Shown here: piece by piece, positions 52,958 to 64,000 of the stretch
Layout: every line of letters begins with the position of its first letter
Numbering within the stretch: position 1 is the stretch's first letter
DNA from: Terriglobia bacterium
GTDB taxonomy: Bacteria; Acidobacteriota; Terriglobia; Bryobacterales; Bryobacteraceae
Reading direction: 5' to 3'
Assembly (NCBI GenBank): GCA_963764845.1
Contig: CAVXUE010000006.1
Span: 1,199,955-1,263,954, forward strand
Length of the DNA: 64,000 nt
Translations under genes and position numbers: made by a program
The notes under the pieces: generated by a model
What the model was told of the DNA's origin: nothing
Databases searched by the model: none
Seen by the model: only the letters and a program-made list of their open reading frames with translations

Positions 52958-53168
52958 TATGAGCCTCCCTGCGATAGACATGAACAACCAGCAGCACGGT
53001 GCTCGAAGCGGATCCTATAGCATGCCAGCGCTGTTCGCCCTCTGCGATGCGATCTTTTCGGAAAACTGCGAGAGGATCGTGAAAAACAAGCGCTGCCATC
53101 TCAAACGCCAGGCCATCGTGCCTGCGCCGGTTGATCCGGTTCTTTTCATCGTCCCATTCAAACCGCAT
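52869..53168 (-). CDS. brnT: BrnT-family toxin (second copy)
   Basis: MRFEWDDEKNRINRRRHDGLAFEMAALVFHDP, EQRWHAIG, IIRIIPAREA. Confidence 0.8.
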   Translation of the reverse strand: MRFEWDDEKNRINRRRHDGLAFEMAALVFHDPLAVFRKDRIAEGEQRWHAIGSASSTVLLVVHVYRREAHNDEEEIIRIIPAREANKRERRIYLQQTGE

Positions 53169-53431
53169 CGCTATACAAAATGTATAACACACCGGGCGGA
53201 TCGAGCACTGTTTTTGGCGGTACCTGGTCGTAAGGCCGTCTGGAACCGGGCCCTGAACAATTTATCCCGTAACCCGTCCCGCTGCGTCATGAAAGTCGCT
53301 TGAACGCTGCCTTCAACGAAATTGACCGGGAAACGATTCAGATTGCGAGAAGACGCCGTCGCCGGCAAGTGCCTCCAAAAACTCGCCAAGCTTGCCGCTC
53401 GCCAAACCGGGCGGCCAATAATAAACCGCCG

Positions 53432-53800
53432 CTACTCCAGTTCCAGCCCCGACTCCTTCAACGCGCGCCATCCCCCATCGAGCGAAATCGGATTCGTATA
53501 CCCCATCTTCTGCAAATTATCCGCCACCAGCGCCGACCGGAATCCGCCGCCGCAATACAGCACGAGCGTCGTCATCCTTATCCGGATACTTCGCCCTCGA
53601 TATCGCGCTCGATCGTGCCCTTGCTCATATGCACCGCGCCTTTCACGTGGCCCGCGCTGAATTCATGATCCTCGCGCACATCCACCAGCACATGTTTCTC
53701 GCCGCGCGCCCGCATCGCCTTGATAGCCCTCGATATCGGTCTCGCGCACCCGCGATTTCGCGTCGTTCACCAGCTTCAGAAATCCTTCGTTGTGCACCAT
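53432..53800 (-). CDS. Rhodanese-domain protein (interrupted)
   Basis: [22 protein letters not shown] and [36 protein letters not shown] in different frames. At least 3 frame changes. Confidence 0.7.
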
Positions 53801-53807
53801 ATCGCTC

Positions 53808-57056
<3,249 letters not shown>

Positions 57057-57457
57057 CCCCAACCTCACCGTCGCGCCCGTGCCGACCCTCAAGGTGCGAA
57101 AGGGATCGGTGGCCGCTGTCACGCTGCGCGCCGTATTGCCGCCTGGATTTCACGCCAACAGCAACACCCCGAGCGACGAATATCTGATCCCGCTGACGCT
57201 GAAATGGACCGGCGGCCCGCTCCAGGTGGATGGCGTCACCTACCCCAAAGGCACGCTGGAGAAGTATCCGTTTTCCGCCAAGCCGCTTTCGGTGGTGACC
57301 GGCGAATTCAGCATCTCGACGAAATTCAAGGTGCCCGCCGATGCCGCGAATGGCGCCGCCGCGCAAAACGGAACGCTGAAATATCAGGCCTGCAACGACC
57401 GCATGTGTTTCGCGCCGAAAACCGTCCCGGTCAGCGTGACGCTCGAAATCGAATAGC

Positions 57458-58645
57458 TTACTCTTTCCGCAAAAACTGACCGATCGACCGCGTTGCCTGC
57501 CTCGTGCGGTGCTCGTTTTCAATCAGCGCGAATCGCACAAACCCTTCGCCCATGGGCCCGAATCCCACTCCGGGCGACACAGCCACCAGCGCCTTCTCCA
57601 TCAGCAGTTTTGAGAATTCGAGCGATCCCAGATCGCGATATCGTTCCGGCACTGCAGCCCACAGGAACATCGTTCCGCGCGGCGACGGCACCGGCCACCC
57701 GGCGCGGCAAAGCCCGTCGACCAGAACATCCCGCCGCTTCTTGTAAAACTCGCAGATCTTGACCGACTCGTCTTCGCAATCGCGCAACGCCACAATCGAT
57801 GCGATCTGAATCGGCTGAAACACGCCGTAATCGAGATAGCTCTTGATCCGCGCCAGAGCCGCAATCATCTTTGCGTTCCCCAGGCAGAACCCGACCCGCC
57901 AGCCCGCCATGTTGTAGCTCTTCGACATCGAGAAGATCTCGACCGCGACATCCTTCGCGCCCGGAACTTCGAGAATGCTCGGCGGCACATACCCGTCGAA
58001 TCCCAGATCCGCATACGCGAAATCGTGCACGATCAGCGTTCCGTGCGCTTTCGCCAGATTCACGATTTCGGTCAGGAACGGCAGGTCCACGCACGTCGTC
58101 GTCGGATTGTGCGGGAACGAAATCAGCAGCATCTTCGGCGGCTTGGGCGATTCCCGGTACAACTCCTGCAGCCTGCCCAGAAACGTCTCCGCGTTCGGCA
58201 TCGGCAGCATGCACGCGTGGCCTTCCGACATGATCACGCCGTACTGATGAATCGGATAAGCCGGATTTGGCGACACCACGATATCGCCCGGCCCGATGGT
58301 GGCGAACATCAGATGCGCCAGCGCGTCCTTCGCGCCCATGGTGACGATGGCTTCCGTATTCGGGTCGAGATCGACGCCGTGCCGCCGCTTGTAGCGCTTC
58401 ACGATTTCTTCGCGCAGATGCTGAATGCCGCGCGAAACCGAATAGCGATGATTTTTCGGATTGCGCGCCGCTTCGATCAGTTTGTCGACGACGATCTGCG
58501 GCGTGGCGCCATCCGGATTACCCATCCCGAGGTCGACCACATCCAGCTGTGCCGCCCGCGCCTTTGCCTTCATCTCGTTGATGACGGCAAAAACGTAGGG
58601 AGGCAGCTTCTGGATGCGATAGAAATTCTCGTCGGTTCCTGACAT
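57458..58645 (-). CDS. Class I/II PLP-dependent aminotransferase (AlaC / aspartate-alanine type)
   Basis: Intact 395 aa. [32 protein letters not shown] (PLP Lys). Confidence 0.85.
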   Translation of the reverse strand: MSGTDENFYRIQKLPPYVFAVINEMKAKARAAQLDVVDLGMGNPDGATPQIVVDKLIEAARNPKNHRYSVSRGIQHLREEIVKRYKRRHGVDLDPNTEAIVTMGAKDALAHLMFATIGPGDIVVSPNPAYPIHQYGVIMSEGHACMLPMPNAETFLGRLQELYRESPKPPKMLLISFPHNPTTTCVDLPFLTEIVNLAKAHGTLIVHDFAYADLGFDGYVPPSILEVPGAKDVAVEIFSMSKSYNMAGWRVGFCLGNAKMIAALARIKSYLDYGVFQPIQIASIVALRDCEDESVKICEFYKKRRDVLVDGLCRAGWPVPSPRGTMFLWAAVPERYRDLGSLEFSKLLMEKALVAVSPGVGFGPMGEGFVRFALIENEHRTRQATRSIGQFLRKE

Positions 58646-58785
58646 GGGAATATTTATTTTAGCAGTGGCCGGCCCGACATACTTTCTGAGCCGTGACCGC
58701 AAGGGAGCGGTTCGCGTTTTGCGGTATCCTACCGCGATGAGGCCTGGCAACTGAGCTACGATGTAGCCCAGACGAGATTCACCCT

Positions 58786-59041
58786 GTGACTGAGAATTCC
58801 GTGGTCCGGGCCCGCATTGATGAACGCACCAATAAGGGAGGCCGCCGTGGCGCTGCGGAAAATCGGCCTCACCGTGTCCGATGCATTTCGCCTCCTGCTG
58901 GTACGGGTTGCGGCGGAAAAGGCCCTGCCGTTTGAGCCGCTTAATCCCAACGCCGAAACCGTCGCGGCGATCAAAGCCGCGCGTCGGGGAGAACTGGTCA
59001 AGGCGGGCAAACCGGGCAAACTGCTGCGAAGCTTGAAGTGA
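58786..59041 (+). CDS. RelB/DinJ-family antitoxin (one frame change), no adjacent toxin
   Basis: [12 protein letters not shown] then, after dropping one g of ggg 58836-58838, [34 protein letters not shown]. Confidence 0.6.
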
Positions 59042-59089
59042 GGGCTGCTAAACACGAAGGTTGCTCTTATCATGGAGCGCGGCCAGGGA

Positions 59090-59507
59090 AGGCCGAGCGT
59101 GCGACGGAGGTCAGGTCCCGCGATGATCAGTATTCCCCTGCACTTCTTGAGATCGAGGAGATGGCGATCGTTCGTGACGATCAGGTCGGCTTTACCGTCC
59201 ACGGCGCATTCGAGAATGCGGTCGTCACCGGGATCGGCGGCGACGAGCGCCAGCGTGGTTTTCGTAACGATCACCTCCGCTACCTGCGCGATGAGTCGGA
59301 TGCGCCGTTGGAGGTCGGGCTCGCGCTACGCAAATTGGACCGGAGGACTTCGGCGATTTCCCGGACTATGGGAACAGAGACGATGAGATGATAGCGGCGC
59401 GTCAGGGCCGCCGTCCATAATTGCGCATTGCGTCCGCGCGGATGGTGGAAAGCCGAGATGTAGAAGTTCGCGCCGCGAACAACTCTAAGAGGCGGAGCGT
59501 CGGGCAC
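59090..59507 (-). CDS. PIN-domain toxin (TIGR00305-like), interrupted; 3' end unresolved
   Basis: LRVVRGANFYISAF, YHLIVSVPIVREIAEVL, then in another frame DPGDDRILECAVDGKADLIVTNDRHLLDL. Confidence 0.6.
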
Positions 59508-59823
59508 GGGATTTGTGGATGACGCGGACCACGTCGCGTTCTTTGGCGCCGGCCTTCTTTGCCTGCGCAGCGCCTACGGCCATGAGGCGTTTATCCTGAG
59601 CAGCAAGTTCCTTAGCCGAAAGAGGATTCATCTTCGCATCGGCGATGATCCGAAGGATCGAGGCGAGATCGTCGGGCACACGTTTTTTTCCGCCGCTGCA
59701 ATAGTGGCGGAACGCCTCGCGCAGGAGTTCACTCATCGTGCGGTTCTCGCGCTTCGCCAGTCGCTCCGCTTCCTTCGCCATCGCGGTCGGGAATGTTATG
59801 GAAATGTTCCTGGTAGTGCGCAT
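59485..59823 (-). CDS. Ribbon-helix-helix (CopG-like) antitoxin
   Basis: MRTTRNISITFPTAMAKEAERLAKRENRTMSELLREAFRHY. The end overlaps the PIN gene start. Confidence 0.65.
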   Translation of the reverse strand: MRTTRNISITFPTAMAKEAERLAKRENRTMSELLREAFRHYCSGGKKRVPDDLASILRIIADAKMNPLSAKELAAQDKRLMAVGAAQAKKAGAKERDVVRVIHKSRARRSAS

Positions 59824-60034
59824 AGGAGCGGATGACACTAAATGACATTTAATGTCATTGCCATTTATCATATGAAACGCACCGGGAGCCAGTCAAGGGC
59901 TCAGGGCATCGGTAGCCCAGCATCAAACACCAGCGGAACATTTTCCCGGCATTCCGAGCTGCCGCTTATTGGCTGTTGGCTTGACACCTATCAGTAACTT
60001 TGATAGTGTCCTGCCCCAAGGGGGGTTCTCTCCG

Positions 60035-63000
60035 ATGAGAACTTTGTGTCTTATTGTACTTGCGGGGGTTATCTGGTGCACGGGTCTTTTCGCCCAGGGG
60101 CGATCGGAGATCAGCGGCGCCATTCTGGATGCGTCCGGCGCCGCTATTCCCGGCGCGACGGTCAAAGCGACCAACACCGACACGTCGCTGGTTCGTACGA
60201 TCGAATCGAGCGCCGACGGTACTTACGCCATACCCGATCTTCCGGTCGGGCCGTATCGCGTCGAGGCAAGCAAGCAGGGTTTCGCCACCTCCGTCCAGAC
60301 CGGAATCGTTCTGCAGGTCGTCAGCAATCCCACCGTCAATCTCACGCTCAAAGTCGGCAACGTGAGCGAGCAGGTGTCTGTCGAGGCCAACGCGGCGCTC
60401 GTGGAAACACAGGCCACGGGCGTCGGCACCGTGATGGAGAATCAGCGCATTCTGGAGTTGCCCCTCAACGGCCGCGTTGCCACCGACCTGATCCAGTACA
60501 CCGGCGCCGTGATTCCCCAGGGCGTCGGGGGTAACGGCGGTTTCCCCAATACGCAGCAGTTCGTGATTGCGGGCGGGCAAGCCTTCGGCGTCGCGTTCTA
60601 CCTCGATGGCAGCGTCTTCAACAATCCGTGGGATCTCGCGAACATGCCTCTTCCGTTTCCGGACGCGCTGCAGGAGTTCAAGGTCGAAACCAGCACTCTC
60701 ACGGCGTCGAACGGTATCCATGCGGGCGGCACGATCACAGGCGTCACCAGATCGGGCAGCAACGCCTTCCATGGCGATGCATTCGACTTTTTCCGGAACG
60801 CCGATATGAACGCGCGCAACTTCTTCTCGCCTACGCGCGACACTCTCAAGCGGAATCAATTTGGCGGAGTTGTCGGCGGCCCCATCATCAGGAATAAGTT
60901 GTTCTTCTTCTTCGGTTACCAGGACACCATCATTCGCCAGGATCCGGCGGCGAACACGGCCGCCACTTTTGTCCCGACGGCCGCCATGATCCAGGGCAAT
61001 TTCAGCGGCTGTCCCACCGATCTCAGCGCCGCGGTACTCGCCACCCTCCCCGGCGGCGCAAACGGTCCTCTCGGGAGCCAGATTCACAACAACCAGATCC
61101 CCCAATCCCTGCTGGATCCGGCGGCGCACAATCTGGCGGTGCTGCTGCCGCCGCCCACCACCACCAATCCCTGCGGCAACACAGGCTACGGCATCATCAC
61201 CAGGTGAACGAGAGCGACTTGTCGCCCGCGGCGATTATCAGACCAGCTCAAAGAACTCCCTGTTCGGCCGCTACATCCGCGATCACTACTTCCGGCCTCC
61301 GGCTCTGCAGTTCGGGAGCAATCTTCTCACCAGCACGGCGGGTGCATTGAACGACGCGGATCAGGGCTGGGTCTTCGGGGACACGTATTTGTTCAGCTCG
61401 ACCCTGGTGAATCAATTCCGCGCCAGCGTGGACCGGATCGGCATTCATCGCTACGAGACTGAACTATGTCTCCGCCTGCGATCTGGGTGTTCAGGACCTT
61501 TATTGCGGGTACGTGCCTCACCAGAGCGGTTTCACCGTAACCAACGGCTTCAGCGTCGGCCCAGACACCGGTGGCCAGGCGGTAGAACACAACACTCCGA
61601 TTCAGATCAACGACGACATCAGTTGGGTCAAGGGCAACCACCAGATCAACTTCGGCGCGGGCGGAGAAGTGTCCAAGATGCTTTTCGACGGGAACGTCTA
61701 CTCTCAGACGAACTGGACCTTCCCCAATATGGCCTCGTTCCTGCTTGGGCAATTCAGTGCCAACTCGCTTTCCCTTCCCAACAATCTGAACCTGCAGAAG
61801 TGGTTCGTGAACTCGTATATCCAGGACACGTGGAAGGTGAATTCGAGGTTCACAGTGAACGCCGGTCTGCGCTGGGAACCGTTCCTCCCTCCCTCGAACC
61901 TCTCTGGCTCGGTTTACAACTTCAGCATGGCGAATCTGATTAGCGGCGTGAAGTCCACGCAATTCAATAATGCGCCTCCCGGCCTCCTGTTCCCCGGCGA
62001 TCCCGGTATCAATGGCAAGCAGGGCGAGAACAGCGAGTGGGCGCTGTTTGCGCCCCGCGTGGCGCTGGCCTGGGACCCGAAGGGCGACGGCAAAACGGTC
62101 TTCCGCGCTTCCTGGGGAATCGCTTACGACTACAACGCCGGCGAGTTGACCGTGAACGCGGCCGACGCTCCGCCTTATGGCGGCACCGAGATCTGGTCGG
62201 GCACGTTCAGCAATCCCTACGCCACCACGATCCCGGCGGCAACATTTTCCCCTATGTGGCCAACAGCGCCAATGCTCCGTTTGCCGTCGAGCGGAATCTA
62301 TATCGCTTTACAGCCCAACCTGAAGACCACTTCGGTAAATCAGTGGAACGCAGTGGCCCAGCATCAGTTCGGCCGGGACTGGCTGGTGTCGGCCACCTAC
62401 ATGGGAAGCGAAGCCGCGCATCTGTGGATTCGTATCAGGCGAATCCCGCCGTCTATATTCCCGGAACCTGCACCGCGGGCCAGTATGGCCTCACGCTCCC
62501 CGGCGCCTGCTCCACCACTGGTAACACGAACTATCGCCGGGTATTCACTCTGGCCGGTTATCCCGGCACTCTGTCGTCGAAAGGTACGCCGGTATACGGG
62601 GACGTGGACCTGCTCGACAGCGGAGGGACATCGAGCTACAACGGCTTGCTTCTGGCGGTGCAGAAGCGCCTGAGCAAGGGCCTGTCCATCAACGTCAACT
62701 ACACCTGGTCGCACTGCATCGGCGATCTGAACATCGGCGACAGCACCGGCAACGCTGGCGCCGGGTATGTCAATCCCAATGACCGGCGAGCCTGATCGCG
62801 GCAACTGCCAATCCAACGAAATCGGCGGAACGTTTTCCGCCGACCGCCGGCAGATCTTCAACGCGACCGTTGTGTATCGCACCCCGGGGCTCGGGAACCA
62901 GTGGGGCACCCGGCTCCTCTCCGACTGGGTGATCACGGGAATTTATCATGCGATGTCGGCCTACTGGCTTACGGTTTCCCTGCCCACCGATGTAGCGCTG

Positions 63001-63432
63001 ACCGGCGCGACGGTCGAGCGTCCGAACCAGGTGCTCCCCAACCCTCTGGCGAATCAGGGCCAGCCCTGTGCCAATGTCGCTCCCTGCGTCAGCTGGATCA
63101 ACCCGCTCGCGTTCGCCACCCCGGCCGCTGGCACCTTAGGCAATGTGGCCAAGGACAACATCCCCGGCCCGGCCTTCTGGCAGATCGATCTGGCGCTTGC
63201 CAAAGAGTTTCGCATCCACGAGAATCACAGGATCGAGTTTCGCGTCGAGGCCTTCAACGTGACCAACAGCTTCCGCGCCGGTATTCCTCAGGCGGCCGGC
63301 GCCTCGGGTCTGGCGGCTGGCGGCTCCGGGGTCAATACTTCTTTCAACGGTCCTACCTCGACGACGTTCGGCACCATCACGAGCGCGCTCGACCCGCGCA
63401 TCATGCAGCTTGCGCTGAAATATTCGTTTTAA
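60035..63432 (+). CDS. TonB-dependent receptor with N-terminal carboxypeptidase-regulatory-like domain (interrupted)
   Basis: Signal peptide, ISGAILDASGAAIPGATVKATNTDT..DGTYAIPDLPVGPYRVEA, plug LPLNGR, C-terminal RIMQLALKYSF. At least 4 frame changes. Confidence 0.82.
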
Positions 63433-63463
63433 GCCAGCCTCTGAGCGGGCCGGTCGCCTTTTG

Positions 63464-64000
63464 TCAGGGCCGACCCGCTTCAAAAGCCAGCAATACATTT
63501 CCCGGCATCCCGCTCTGCCGCGAATAGCCCGAATTGACGTAAACCATCCCATCCACCACCACCGCGCCCGGGCCATCGATCGAACCCCCGTGTCCGCTCG
63601 CCCCGTTGACCGTTTCGAAATCGCGCGCCGTATCGAAGTCCCATAAGACGCGCCCGTCCTCGGCCGCATAAGCGCGTATGTGCCCATCGTCGGAACCGGA
63701 AAACACCACGCCCGGAATCGCCGTGGCCGCCGCGGGCTGCGCGGGGCTGCACCCGGGCTTCGGCGGATCGCAGGGATGTCCCGGCGCGTACCAGACCCTG
63801 CTGCCATCGCCGATTCGGATCGCCGTCAGGCCGCCGCCCTGCTGCGGGTCGAGGTCGCGGGTACGAAGATCCGCCGGGTCGTTGGTCTCGCGGTCCTTCC
63901 GGCCCACATCCGAAGTTGCCGCGTAAACATTCTGGCCATCCGACGCCATGCCCCACAGCACCCCGCCATTCGTGCTTCCTTTACCGACGCTCAACTGCCA
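63464..64000 (-). CDS. PQQ-like beta-propeller protein (PVA-dehydrogenase / BamB-like repeats), 3' part only
   Basis: GVVFSGSDDGHIRAYAAEDGRVLWDFDT and VVVDGMVYVNSGY. The gene continues beyond the window end. Confidence 0.6.
   Translation of the reverse strand, partial: WQLSVGKGSTNGGVLWGMASDGQNVYAATSDVGRKDRETNDPADLRTRDLDPQQGGGLTAIRIGDGSRVWYAPGHPCDPPKPGCSPAQPAAATAIPGVVFSGSDDGHIRAYAAEDGRVLWDFDTARDFETVNGASGHGGSIDGPGAVVVDGMVYVNSGYSRQSGMPGNVLLAFEAGRP

Noticed and set aside
59038-59391. A plus-strand 117-aa ORF directly after the DinJ-like gene, considered as its missing toxin
   Set aside because: It shows no RelE, YafQ or ParE-like features. The opposite strand carries convincing PIN C-terminal motifs.
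59966-61129. A 387-aa minus-strand ORF over the 5' part of the TonB-dependent receptor gene
   Set aside because: It is antisense to the CarboxypepD_reg and plug motifs, so it is a shadow ORF.

Overview
GC-rich chromosomal segment, probably from an Acidobacteriota genome of the Solibacter/Bryobacter type. The taxon is an inference from three things: SBBP beta-propeller proteins with a Solibacter-type C-terminal domain, a CarboxypepD_reg-type TonB-dependent receptor, and many secreted PQQ or beta-propeller proteins. I saw no rRNA, tRNA or CRISPR array.

Content, start to end:
- Tandem SBBP surface-protein paralogs.
- A secreted-protein cluster with two PQQ dehydrogenases, an MBL-fold hydrolase and three paralogs of an unnamed family.
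- RNase T2, then ftsY-ribD-ribE.
- An SGNH + MBOAT O-acetylation pair, RNase J, a nitroreductase, secA.
- A bacterial G1 (eqolisin-type) glutamic peptidase.
- An orphan STAS/RsbW partner-switching module.
- SDR, GNAT, and a cytochrome b + Mo-oxidoreductase pair.
- An uncharacterised two-gene cassette (unknown protein + multi-TM OmpA-domain protein).
- BrnT/BrnA (two pairs), VapBC, RHH-PIN and a DinJ-like antitoxin.
- A cupin-TauE-penicillin acylase operon facing a histidine kinase and a sigma54 response regulator.
- A TolB-like propeller protein, a decayed IS200/RAYT-like gene, a carboxylesterase and a RepB'-primase fragment.
- FAD monooxygenase, amidohydrolase, DinB, two rhodaneses, a GlxA regulator, murA, murQ, a TlpA/DsbD-N pair and an aminotransferase.
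- A TonB-dependent receptor and a partial PQQ-like propeller gene.

The main caveat is that conserved proteins repeatedly hop reading frames, including essential secA, ftsY, murA and rnj. Where I could resolve a junction, removing a single inserted base restores the motif. I therefore read these breaks as consensus errors, not real pseudogenes, and they occur in patches. All coordinates of interrupted genes are approximate.

No candidate stands out as clearly novel. The best leads are:
- the 31046-33166 cassette;
- the secreted paralog cluster around a PQQ alcohol dehydrogenase with a lanthanide-type DYD signature;
- the G1 peptidase locus;
- the sigma-less partner-switching module.
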